Shown here: piece by piece, positions 17,457 to 26,307 of the stretch
How positions within the stretch are numbered: the first letter of the stretch is position 1
How the letters are laid out: every line of letters starts with the position of its first letter
Source: Candidatus Saccharimonadota bacterium
GTDB lineage: Bacteria > Patescibacteriota > Saccharimonadia > Saccharimonadales > Saccharimonadaceae
Assembly: GCF_025273655.1 (NCBI RefSeq)
Contig: NZ_CP045921.1
Location: 780,001-812,000, forward strand
DNA length: 32,000 nucleotides
Reading direction: 5' to 3'
Translations under genes and position numbers: made by a program
The notes under the pieces: model-generated
The model's input: only the letters and a program-made list of their open reading frames with translations
What the model was told of the DNA's origin: nothing
Databases searched by the model: none

Positions 17457-18748
17457 GCACACTCACTCAAAAAATCACTGCGCTGAGGACAGATCGTCAA
17501 ATGAAAAACTCACTCTATCTGCTCGTCGGTTCACTTGCCACTGCTGGGTTTGGGTTCATCTTCTGGATCATCGCGGCACGTCTATTTGACCCACCGACCG
17601 TTGGCATCGCAACAGTGCTCGTATCACTTTCGAGCCTCATATCACTCCTGAGTCTCGCGGGCTTTGACTCATCGTTCGTGCGCTTCTTGCCCCGCTCACA
17701 GCACAAAAATGCCTATATTAATAGTGGCATGGTCGTGACAACCGCTCTTAGTATCATCTTGTCATGCGTGTTTCTGGTCATCAGCTATTTCACAACGCCA
17801 GATCTACGAGGCATCATCTCAAGCCCACTTATCATAGTACTGTTTACTACCCTCACGGTCGCCTCATCCCTCAATCTTCTTACCAATTCCGTCTTCATTG
17901 CCCACAGGGAGGCTGGATATATTGTTGTCATCAACACCGTGTTCAACATAGTCAAAGTCATCTTGCCCTTTGCGTTTATACCGTATGGTTCCGTGGGGGT
18001 ATTTGTGGCGGCGGGCGCCGCGCAGGCTGTAGGGCTTGTGCTGAGTCTCTACTATATGCATGTCCGCTACAACTATCGTCCTCGCCTTGCGATTGACAGC
18101 CGGGCTTTACGTCAGACGTTTTCGTACACATTTGGCGTCTACGTTGGCAGCGTACTTAATCTCTTACCACCTACCTTGCTACCGCTTATCATTACCCAGC
18201 AGCTTGGCGCTGCGTCAACTGCCTACTACTATATGGCGTTCAATATTGTCACGATTATATTTACAGTCGCATACTCTGCCATGCAATCTGCTTTTGCCGA
18301 AAGTGCGCATGACGAGACGAAACTGCGACAAAATGTCCTGCAGGGCATCAAATCAAGTCTATTCTTTACAATTCCCGCCATTGCTGGCTGCTTAATGCTT
18401 GGTTCACACGTGCTTGGGGTTTTCGGTCATGCCTATGCTCAGGCGGCCACGCCGTTGCTGTGGATCATGGGCCTGTCTGCTGTGGCGGTTACCCTCTATT
18501 CAGCGCTTGGGGCCGTACTCAAAATTGCGCATGATACTACGTCATTTATCGCCACAAATGTAGCCTATGTGCTCGTCATTGTTGTGGGGTCATATCTCCT
18601 CATGCCGCAGTACGGACTGCTCGGTATCGGATACGCGTGGTTTGCCGGCAATATCATCGCAATCATCGTAGGCGGCTTGTGCCATGTGCGCTATCGCCGA
18701 ACGATGACGATCACCGCTGCCGATACTGCTCATCCACCAGCACAATAG
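17453..18748 (+). CDS. MOP-superfamily oligosaccharide/polysaccharide flippase (Wzx-like)
   Basis: The N-terminus MKNSLYLLVGSLATAGFGFIFWIIAARLF and about 12 TM helices over 431 aa fit a Wzx flippase. The gene has an ATGA overlap and the SD GGAGG. Confidence 0.8.
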   Translation: MSTLTQKITALRTDRQMKNSLYLLVGSLATAGFGFIFWIIAARLFDPPTVGIATVLVSLSSLISLLSLAGFDSSFVRFLPRSQHKNAYINSGMVVTTALSIILSCVFLVISYFTTPDLRGIISSPLIIVLFTTLTVASSLNLLTNSVFIAHREAGYIVVINTVFNIVKVILPFAFIPYGSVGVFVAAGAAQAVGLVLSLYYMHVRYNYRPRLAIDSRALRQTFSYTFGVYVGSVLNLLPPTLLPLIITQQLGAASTAYYYMAFNIVTIIFTVAYSAMQSAFAESAHDETKLRQNVLQGIKSSLFFTIPAIAGCLMLGSHVLGVFGHAYAQAATPLLWIMGLSAVAVTLYSALGAVLKIAHDTTSFIATNVAYVLVIVVGSYLLMPQYGLLGIGYAWFAGNIIAIIVGGLCHVRYRRTMTITAADTAHPPAQ

Positions 18749-19967
18749 CTTCTTCAGCACGAGCGATATATGCAGGCAATCTTGCTTCAAGCTGCGCTTT
18801 GTAGTCATCACCATGCGCCACTAGCTCGTCGAAGAGTGTCTCGATCCTGTCGGCGCGAACGTCTTCGATTTTGAGTGTCCACTGCGACAGATCGAGATCA
18901 CGCATAATACCGCTCGTCTTGTGCTCGTACTCGATAGCAATGGCGGGCACGTATGACGTGAGTGAAAAAATAACTGAGTGGAAGCGTGTGCCAATGATAT
19001 AGTCGAGTTCGTCGTACATTGCCTTCACGTCTCGATGCGTGTACTCATCTTCCATGACATGCACCTCGCTGACATGTGTCATGCGGTTAGCAATACTACG
19101 ACTCACCTGACGATCGTCGTCGTGATTGTGTGTCGAGGTTACTTGTGGGATGAATACAATATCTACATTATGCCGCTCCACAATGCCATCAAGCGCATCA
19201 GCCATGGCCTGCTCGTAGTGATCCTGCGCAGCTGCATCCATCCATTTTCGTGCCGTCACCCCTACAAGCGTCCGCGATGCATCGACTCCTATATGTGTAC
19301 GTAGTCCTGCCGATTCATCTGCCCGAAACGCAAAACCAGAATCAACCGCACGACGTACATTTTGCTCGACACCGATACTCCCAAGTAAATCTAACGACGT
19401 ATCTTCGCGTATCAGCACAAGCCCTGCGTGCCGAAATCTCGCCGCCACCAGGCGTCGCTCTATATCATGGTAAAATGGCCCGACCGACATGGTATATAGG
19501 TATGTCGGTTTGCGCAGCAGTTCTGCCAGGCGCAGTGGGTGCAACATCAGTAGCAAGTTCACAAACGTCACCATGTCACCACTCGTACGAAAATACCCAC
19601 CCCCTACGGTGATGACCATATCTGAGCGCAGGTAGAGCCGAGCTACTTCGCGAATCCGCCCGGGCAACGGCAGCTGCACTCGCAGCAGACGATACACCCA
19701 TGCCCATAGCAGCGTATAACTCATCATCGTCGTGGCATAGACGAGCTTGCCTATACGTGTACGTGGTCGATTGAGCGCGTAGTACATGAAGGCTTCGTGC
19801 AGCGGCGCATCAGCAAACATTGCACCTTCTGCGATTTCGTCAATCGTCAAAATATCTATCGCAGTATCCGAACCATATTGCCGGCGAATATCGCCGACTA
19901 AAACATCGAGTAACGCGGCGTCACCCTTGTTGTCGGTTGAGTATGCATGACTTATCAGTACTCTCAC
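18711..19967 (-). CDS. Polysaccharide pyruvyl transferase family protein (WcaK/CsaB-like)
   Basis: The N-terminus is (GTG)RVLISHAYSTDNKGDAALLDVL, and the C-terminal motif is IGTRFHSVIFSLTSYVPAIAIEYEHKTSGIMRDL. The gene overlaps the flippase convergently by 38 nt. Confidence 0.8.
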   Translation of the reverse strand: MRVLISHAYSTDNKGDAALLDVLVGDIRRQYGSDTAIDILTIDEIAEGAMFADAPLHEAFMYYALNRPRTRIGKLVYATTMMSYTLLWAWVYRLLRVQLPLPGRIREVARLYLRSDMVITVGGGYFRTSGDMVTFVNLLLMLHPLRLAELLRKPTYLYTMSVGPFYHDIERRLVAARFRHAGLVLIREDTSLDLLGSIGVEQNVRRAVDSGFAFRADESAGLRTHIGVDASRTLVGVTARKWMDAAAQDHYEQAMADALDGIVERHNVDIVFIPQVTSTHNHDDDRQVSRSIANRMTHVSEVHVMEDEYTHRDVKAMYDELDYIIGTRFHSVIFSLTSYVPAIAIEYEHKTSGIMRDLDLSQWTLKIEDVRADRIETLFDELVAHGDDYKAQLEARLPAYIARAEEAIVLVDEQYRQR

Positions 19968-19991
19968 TCTTACCAGCCTAGCACACTCAGT

Positions 19992-20021
19992 TTGCCATGG
20001 TCTACCCGTACGCGGTATACT
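19992..20021 (+). promoter_or_regulatory. Promoter TTGCCA-18-TATACT, 8 nt upstream of ATG 20030
   Basis: Read directly. No SD lies between the box and the ATG. Confidence 0.5.
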
Positions 20022-20029
20022 AGAATGTA

Positions 20030-20713
20030 ATGGTTATGACGATAGTGGACGCCCATAACATCTCCAAAACCTATGCTGGAAACGGCCAAAAAACCACTGT
20101 CCTCCACGATATTTCATTGAGGATTTATGAGCATGAGTTTGTGGCAATTGTCGGTCCGTCTGGCTCGGGCAAATCTACACTCGTGAAGCTACTTGGACTG
20201 CTTGATAAACCAGGGCGAGGCACGATCAAACTGTTTGGTGAGACACTACCGCGTAGCGACAAAGCTCAGTCGCGCATCCGTAACGAGCAGATCGGCTTCG
20301 TGTTTCAAGATTACCGACTTATCCCTCACTACAGTGCACTCGATAACGTCGCTGTACCACTCAAAATTGCAGGCTACAGTCGAGGACACCAGAAGAAACG
20401 AGCCGCCGAGCTTCTCAAGCTTGTTGGCCTAGAATCGGTTGCTCACCATAAGGCCAGCCAGCTGTCTGGAGGCCAGCAACAGCGCGTGGGAATTGCGAGA
20501 GCCCTCGTACTACAGCCCAAACTCCTTATCGCCGACGAGCCGACTGGCAATCTTGACTCGGCTACTGGCGAATCAATTATGAAGATTTTGCGCACCATCC
20601 ATAGTAAACTCGGCACGACACTAGTAGTTGTGACACATAGCGCAGAAGTGGCAGCTCAGGCGTCTCGCACAATTACAATTCGCGATGGCCGAGTTGCAGG
20701 AGAGCAACTATGA
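20030..20713 (+). CDS. ABC transporter ATP-binding protein (MacB/LolD/FtsE-like)
   Basis: It has Walker A GPSGSGKST, the signature LSGGQQQRV and Walker B LLIADEPTGNLD. Confidence 0.95.
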   Translation: MVMTIVDAHNISKTYAGNGQKTTVLHDISLRIYEHEFVAIVGPSGSGKSTLVKLLGLLDKPGRGTIKLFGETLPRSDKAQSRIRNEQIGFVFQDYRLIPHYSALDNVAVPLKIAGYSRGHQKKRAAELLKLVGLESVAHHKASQLSGGQQQRVGIARALVLQPKLLIADEPTGNLDSATGESIMKILRTIHSKLGTTLVVVTHSAEVAAQASRTITIRDGRVAGEQL

Positions 20714-22035
20714 AAATAACCGAATATCTCGGTACCGCCCTACGCGACATCGCCACACAGCCACTTCGCTGCCTCCTGACTGTAAGTGCAGTCACACTGA
20801 GTAGCGCGTTGCTTGTCACACTCGTGTCGGTCGGTATCACGACACGCGGTGCAATCGTCGGACACTTCACACAAGGAGATTCACTCTCAAGCGTCATTGT
20901 GAGCGCCAACAGCGCCGTGAGTGGCGGCTTGTTCAGCAGCAGTGTCCAGCAAACTCAGGAAAATGCCGAAAAGCTCACTGATGAAACTGTTACAAAACTC
21001 CGAGCGATTCCGCATGTCACCAGTGCATCGCCGCAAGTATCAGTATGGGAGCTCAAGAGCTTCCAACTAGATGGCTCCTCGTCATCGTTTGTCGCGACAG
21101 CTATCGCTACGTCACAAGACTCACTCAGCACACAACCACTTGCCGCTGGCACATGGTTTGACAACACCAGTAGTGAACCACGTGTTGTGCTGGGCAACGG
21201 CTACCTACGGGCGCTCGGTATCGCAAATCCAGATGAAGTAATAGGCAAACAGCTTACATTTACTACCGTCGCCGGGTACCGTGGAATAGGCGCCGACATC
21301 CCATCATGGCAGGCCAATGCCGACGAGCGGCGGGCATTTGAACAGCAGAAAACTACCCTGCGAGCAACTGTCGTTGGCGTTACCCAGCCTTCAGTCACCG
21401 ACAGTCGCATCTATCTGCCGATGCAGTGGGGTCATCAGATTCAGTCACCACGTGCCTCGACTCCAAGCGGCGAGACAAGTGTCGACAATATTGACAAAAA
21501 TGGCTACACCAGTGTGGTGGTCAAAACCAACTCCCAGGAATCCGTGTCAAGCGTCGCAACCGCTATCAACGATCTAGGATTTGGTACCGCCACCTACCAG
21601 AAGCAGATTGAGCAGATCAACCAGCTCTCTATCGTGATGTGGCTCATACTCGGCGCTGTAGCGCTTATCAGCCTCATCAGCGCGTCGCTTGGTATCGTCA
21701 ACACGCTCCTCATGTCGGTATCGGAACAGAAAAAAACTATTCAAATCTGGCGTGCTGCCGGAGCAAGTCGAGGGCTGATCGCGAGACTCTACATATTGCA
21801 AGCGTTTCTGCTGGGACTTGTCGGGGCGAGTATCGGTGCCGGGATAGGCTACGTTGCCTGCGGCCTACTTAATACGCGCATAGAAAAAGTGCTAAATGCC
21901 CAGGGACTTACATCGCTCCAACTGCCAGATGTGCCCATCTGGATCATACTTGGCGGAATTGGATTGTCAGTCCTCCTCGCTATGCTGGCCGCCGCCTATC
22001 CCGCTCGGGTGGCTGCACGTAGTATCGTCGACTAA
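20710..22035 (+). CDS. ABC transporter permease, MacB/FtsX type, with a large extracytoplasmic domain between TM1 and TM2
   Basis: The gene overlaps the ATPase at ATGA and follows an AGGAGA SD. It has 4 TM helices: TM1 near residues 20-45 and three C-terminal helices. An exposed domain of about 260 aa lies between TM1 and TM2. Confidence 0.9.
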   Translation: MKITEYLGTALRDIATQPLRCLLTVSAVTLSSALLVTLVSVGITTRGAIVGHFTQGDSLSSVIVSANSAVSGGLFSSSVQQTQENAEKLTDETVTKLRAIPHVTSASPQVSVWELKSFQLDGSSSSFVATAIATSQDSLSTQPLAAGTWFDNTSSEPRVVLGNGYLRALGIANPDEVIGKQLTFTTVAGYRGIGADIPSWQANADERRAFEQQKTTLRATVVGVTQPSVTDSRIYLPMQWGHQIQSPRASTPSGETSVDNIDKNGYTSVVVKTNSQESVSSVATAINDLGFGTATYQKQIEQINQLSIVMWLILGAVALISLISASLGIVNTLLMSVSEQKKTIQIWRAAGASRGLIARLYILQAFLLGLVGASIGAGIGYVACGLLNTRIEKVLNAQGLTSLQLPDVPIWIILGGIGLSVLLAMLAAAYPARVAARSIVD

Positions 22036-23060
22036 GCCGAGACTACTCCTCCACCGAGACATATATCCCCGTCATAGATCACGACCGACTGGCCGGGTGC
22101 GACGGCACGCTGCGCATCGTCGAGTTGCAGTATATCGCCTACGAGGCGAGCAGTTACTAGTGGTGCGCGGTGACGCACACGAATCTGATACACACCATCG
22201 CCAGGATGATGGCTTATCCAGTGGACGGCACCAAGTTGAATTTCATGGCGCCAGAGCGATTCGTCTTGCAGATTTGTCGATACATAGACTTCGTTTCGCT
22301 CCATGTCTTTGCCCACCACATAGTACGGCAAGCCCCCGCCGATATCGAGTCCATGGCGTTGACCTATCGTATAGAAGATAGCGCCGTCGTGCATGCCGAG
22401 GTTTTTGCCAGATTCTTTGTCGATAATTGCGCCCGGCTGTGTGTCCACATACTGACCGAGAAACTCTTTGATTCCCACACGACCGACGAAGCAGATGCCC
22501 ATCGACTCTTTTTTGGTGGCAGTATAGAGTCCGCGCTTACTAGCCATTTCACGCACTTCTGGCTTCGTATAGCCACCCAGTGGAAACAAAGTCTTTGCGA
22601 GTGCATCCGCAGTAACTCGATACAAGAAATACGTCTGATCTTTGTTGCCATCGACAGCACGCAGTAACTTGCCATCTTGTGTCTGTGCATAATGACCCGT
22701 AGCAATCATATCTGCACCATCGGCCAGAGCCGCCTCGAGAAACAGTTTAAACTTTACTTCTTGATTGCACATAATGTCAGGATTTGGCGTACGACCTTCC
22801 TTATATGTTTCAATCATGTAGCCCACAACTTTATCACGGTACTCCTGCTCGAAATCAAACACTTTCAGATCAATTCCCAGCTGCACAGCCACGCGCTTGG
22901 CGTCGGCTAGATCTTCAGCCCATGGACATTTCATACCCGGTAAATCCTGGCTCCAGTTTTTCATATACACACCGGTCACATCATACCCCTGCTCTACGAG
23001 CAGTGCTGCCGTGAGGCTACTGTCGACACCGCCACTCATACCGACATATACTTTAGTCAT
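22032..23060 (-). CDS. mnmA: tRNA 2-thiouridine(34) synthase MnmA
   Basis: It has the PP-loop KVYVGMSGGVDSS. I place the start at ATG 23060 (MTKVYVG), which overlaps the upstream stop as ATGA. The stop overlaps the permease stop (CTAA). Confidence 0.93.
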   Translation of the reverse strand: MTKVYVGMSGGVDSSLTAALLVEQGYDVTGVYMKNWSQDLPGMKCPWAEDLADAKRVAVQLGIDLKVFDFEQEYRDKVVGYMIETYKEGRTPNPDIMCNQEVKFKLFLEAALADGADMIATGHYAQTQDGKLLRAVDGNKDQTYFLYRVTADALAKTLFPLGGYTKPEVREMASKRGLYTATKKESMGICFVGRVGIKEFLGQYVDTQPGAIIDKESGKNLGMHDGAIFYTIGQRHGLDIGGGLPYYVVGKDMERNEVYVSTNLQDESLWRHEIQLGAVHWISHHPGDGVYQIRVRHRAPLVTARLVGDILQLDDAQRAVAPGQSVVIYDGDICLGGGVVSA

Positions 23061-23659
23061 CTCGAAATCCCCACATACACAAGCACGATCTTGATCAGCT
23101 CGCTGAGCGCCAACCACCAACCAGTTGGTGTTAACCACCACCACTGTGACCACTGATTATCATGTTGAACGGGATGGTTCACGATCTGCGTGTTTGCACC
23201 CACAGTGCTGCGAAACTCTAGACCGGCTCGGCGCTGATGATAGGCCGACGTCACCAGAATCACGCGGCGATCATCGTTGCTCGCAAGTACGCTACTCGAA
23301 AGTTGTGCATTTTGGCGCGTCGTCTCGGATAGCTCCTCTGTGGTGATAGCGTCCTCGGGCACACCGGCGGCAATCGCCCGTTCGCGCATGGCCTCGGCAT
23401 TGCTTGGACCAGATTTGTCCGCTGCCGCACCAGAAAATATAAGCTTTGGTGCCCAACCATGGGTATACAATGACACCGCTTCGTCCGTGCGGGCTTGTGT
23501 ATCACCACCACTCACCGCCACTATCACATCCGCAGCCTGACATCCCGGCGTATCACTCGGGCTCACGTCGCATTTCGCTAGATCATCCGGTGCTAGATAT
23601 GCACCGACGAGCAGCACTATCAAAGCCACCCCACAGAAAGAGGCAATGAGTTTGATCAC
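23057..23659 (-). CDS. DUF218 (YdcF/SanA/ElyC-like) membrane-anchored protein
   Basis: It has an N-terminal TM helix. DUF218 motifs are VIVAVSGGD, LIFSGAA and LVTSAYHQRRA. The GTG start overlaps the upstream stop (GTGA) and is preceded by GGGAG. Confidence 0.8.
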   Translation of the reverse strand: MIKLIASFCGVALIVLLVGAYLAPDDLAKCDVSPSDTPGCQAADVIVAVSGGDTQARTDEAVSLYTHGWAPKLIFSGAAADKSGPSNAEAMRERAIAAGVPEDAITTEELSETTRQNAQLSSSVLASNDDRRVILVTSAYHQRRAGLEFRSTVGANTQIVNHPVQHDNQWSQWWWLTPTGWWLALSELIKIVLVYVGISR

Positions 23660-24816
23660 AGCTGTACTCCCGTGCGAGTAGCTTCGCGCTCTACCGCTGC
23701 AATGATTCGCTCAGTCGCAGCTGCCACCGATGCGTCGGTGGTGCCACGTCCCAGCGTGAGACGAATACTCCCGTCCGCCACGTCGTCAGCCAGACCGATG
23801 GCCGTGAGCACCGACGAGCGCGTCCCGCTGTTAGCCGCACAGGCGCTCCCTGTTGCCACCAGTACATTATCCATCTCAAGTATGAAAACAAGTCGCTCGG
23901 CGTCGATACCAGGAAACGAAATATGGCAGAAATTTGCTAGTCGGTGGCGCGGATGTCCAGAGAGTATGGCCGTCGAGAAACGACTCGTAAGTGTTCGCTC
24001 AAGCGTGTCACGCAGTGCGCCGAGACGTTTTGTCTCACCAGCTCGTTTATCAGCAGCAATACGTGCCGCTTCGGCAAATCCTATGGTGCCAGCGACGTTT
24101 TCGGTACCGCTCCGCAGCCCAGCCTCTTGGCCGCCGCCGACAATTCGCGGGGTAATGATAATGCCCGGACGAATCCATAGCGCACCCACCTGCTTAGGTC
24201 CATAAATCTTGGCCGCGTTGAGTGTGAGCAGATCGACACCGAGTCGACCCACATGGATGTCGATAAGCCCAAATCCCTGCGATGCATCGCAGTGTAATAC
24301 TAGCGGAGTGCGATTACCACGGCTCAAGCGCTCGGCCCTCTTAGTAGCCACCATCGCAGCAATCTCACGGACTGGCTGGATGCTGCCGATTTCGTGATTT
24401 GCTAGTGCAACACTCACTAGCTCTGTATCCTCTTGAATCGCACTATCTACTTGTCCTGCCGTAACCTGACCATGCTTGTTGACCGGAAGTATCGTGCCAC
24501 CATCCGCTTCGATCACTCGCAGTACACTGGCGTGCTCGGCTGCGGTCGTGATCTTGTGGCCAGAAAATCCACCAATTGCAAGATTGATCGATTCAGTGGC
24601 ACCAGCTGTCATCACGAGCTCGTCGCCAGTCGCACCGATTGTATGCGCAAGCATCTGCTTCGCTGTTTCGTATTCACGGCGTACCTCGACTGCCTGCGCA
24701 TATGGGCTCGAGGGATTGTAGAAATGTTCAGAAAAATACGGCTTCATCGCAGCAAATACCCGTTCATCGACGGGCGTTGCAGCTGCATAGTCAAAATAAT
24801 AGACAGATGAGACCAT
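23656..24816 (-). CDS. Cysteine desulfurase, class V aminotransferase (IscS/NifS/YrvO family)
   Basis: The N-terminus is YFDYAAATPVDERV. The PLP-lysine region is LNAAKIYGPKQVGAL. The active-site loop is ATGSACAANSG. Confidence 0.9.
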   Translation of the reverse strand: MVSSVYYFDYAAATPVDERVFAAMKPYFSEHFYNPSSPYAQAVEVRREYETAKQMLAHTIGATGDELVMTAGATESINLAIGGFSGHKITTAAEHASVLRVIEADGGTILPVNKHGQVTAGQVDSAIQEDTELVSVALANHEIGSIQPVREIAAMVATKRAERLSRGNRTPLVLHCDASQGFGLIDIHVGRLGVDLLTLNAAKIYGPKQVGALWIRPGIIITPRIVGGGQEAGLRSGTENVAGTIGFAEAARIAADKRAGETKRLGALRDTLERTLTSRFSTAILSGHPRHRLANFCHISFPGIDAERLVFILEMDNVLVATGSACAANSGTRSSVLTAIGLADDVADGSIRLTLGRGTTDASVAAATERIIAAVEREATRTGVQL

Positions 24817-24823
24817 GGTATAT

Positions 24824-24829
24824 ATTATA
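24824..24829 (-). promoter_or_regulatory. -10 box TATAAT, 7 nt upstream of the cysteine desulfurase ATG and overlapping the stop codon of the upstream gene
   Basis: The minus strand reads acggTATAATatataccATG. Confidence 0.45.
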
Positions 24830-25304
24830 CCGTATGTGCTTGAAGTGGGTGCTGATGCTGTGGCTCAATATGATACAGCTCACGAGCTACGCGTTCGTAG
24901 TAGAGATGGATCGCCGCCATGAAGTTTTCGAGCTCCTGGCCTTCGATAAAGTTATACCTCGCACCTTCTTGCACTTTTAGGATGCCGTTTTCGTGCACCT
25001 CATAGCGAATTGTCATATTCATACGCTGACCCGTCATAGCATCGTTCCACTCGTCATACCAGATCCAAGTAGACAGATCAAGATTGAAGAATTCACGGCG
25101 ATGACCTTTTGGTACACTACCAAATAGCTGTGCGCCAATATCACTCTCGAGCTGGATAAGTTCGCGCTCGGTCAGTTTCTGAAAAGGACGCTTCAGTGGT
25201 TTCTGCGTCTTCTCTGCGGTTTTGGGCAGATGAACTGCCATATCAGCAGACGCCGGTTCGGTGCCGACGAGCAGATTCAAGGTTTTTTGGAGCAAGCTAG
25301 GCAT
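24825..25304 (-). CDS. Hypothetical protein (159 aa)
   Basis: The ORF has a plausible start at MPSLLQ (ATG 25304) with GGAGA 11 nt upstream. The conserved-looking core FFNLDLSTWIWYDEWNDAMTGQRMNMTIRYEVHENGILKVQEG is not a family I recognise. The longer track ORF reaching 25400 would overlap orf67 by about 100 nt. Confidence 0.6.
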   Translation of the reverse strand: MPSLLQKTLNLLVGTEPASADMAVHLPKTAEKTQKPLKRPFQKLTERELIQLESDIGAQLFGSVPKGHRREFFNLDLSTWIWYDEWNDAMTGQRMNMTIRYEVHENGILKVQEGARYNFIEGQELENFMAAIHLYYERVARELYHIEPQHQHPLQAHTV

Positions 25305-25500
25305 ACGTCTGTACGTCTCCGCTGCCGTGTAGTTTGTGCTCGCGCAGCTGTTTGAGCATCGTTGCAAGCGACAGCGCATCTTGCACTTCGGCACGTTCAC
25401 GTGGCTGCTCCAGGGTGTGCGAATCTAGAGCCTGCCGAGAGGTATAGGCAGTCTCTTCGTATCCCATTTCAATTGTATCGATATCTGACGCTGGGCTCAT
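25297..25500 (-). CDS. Hypothetical small acidic protein (67 aa)
   Basis: The ATG at 25500 is preceded by GGAG 9 nt upstream. The gene overlaps the next gene by 8 nt. I recognise no motif. Confidence 0.5.
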   Translation of the reverse strand: MSPASDIDTIEMGYEETAYTSRQALDSHTLEQPRERAEVQDALSLATMLKQLREHKLHGSGDVQTYA

Positions 25501-25533
25501 ATATCTTTACTCCACGATTTTTTAAGTAGTGTT

Positions 25534-26307
25534 CTATATAGCCGACGCAAAACGAAACAACGCTTCGGCGTTGGCGGTGGTACGCTGAGCAAGCTCACTA
25601 AGCTCCAAGCCGCGCGTGGCAGCATGGTACTTGGCGACCTCCTTCACCATACCTGGCTCATTCACTTTACCACGAAAAGGCACAGGTGTCAAGAACGGTG
25701 AATCTGTCTCTACCAGTAGTCGATCGAGTGGAATTGCCATAAACATGGCTTTTTGTCGCTCATCTTTAGTAAATGTGCTAATTCCGTTGACCGCGACATA
25801 CATACCTCTATCAAGCCCATGCTCTAGGTTTTGCACGGAATCAGTAAAACTATGCAGTACACCACGTATCCCCGAGAAATTATCAAACACTGGCCAAAAA
25901 TCTTCGAACGCGTCGCGCACATGAAATGATACAGGAAGATTATGCTTGCGAGCAATTTGCAATTGGGTTTCGAGCGCCGCTATCTGGACGTCGCGTGGAC
26001 TATGGCCATAGTAATAATCCAGACCTACTTCACCTATCGCTACTACTTTTGGTCGACTCGCCAAGTCGGCAATCGCGGCATAGCCATCCTTGGTATCGTG
26101 TGGATGCACACCGACGGTCGCATACACACCGTCGTGCGTCGCCGCAAACTCCACCGCACCATGCGAACTCTGCTCACTCGTACCGACGCACAATAGTGTC
26201 TGCACCCCAGCCTCTCGCGCCCGTGTCAGCGTTTCATCGACGTCGAGCGGATAGTCGGCTTCGTGGATATGACAATGCGTATCAACTAGCTGTGGTATGT
26301 TTGGCAC
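25534..26307 (-). CDS. tatD: TatD-family metal-dependent hydrolase/DNase
   Basis: The N-terminal motif is LVDTHCHIHE, and later motifs are AIGEVGLDYY, LPVSFHVRDA, GVLHSF and VETDSPFL. I place the start at GTG 26307 with GAGGA 5 nt upstream, which gives a typical 257 aa. Confidence 0.88.
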   Translation of the reverse strand: MPNIPQLVDTHCHIHEADYPLDVDETLTRAREAGVQTLLCVGTSEQSSHGAVEFAATHDGVYATVGVHPHDTKDGYAAIADLASRPKVVAIGEVGLDYYYGHSPRDVQIAALETQLQIARKHNLPVSFHVRDAFEDFWPVFDNFSGIRGVLHSFTDSVQNLEHGLDRGMYVAVNGISTFTKDERQKAMFMAIPLDRLLVETDSPFLTPVPFRGKVNEPGMVKEVAKYHAATRGLELSELAQRTTANAEALFRFASAI

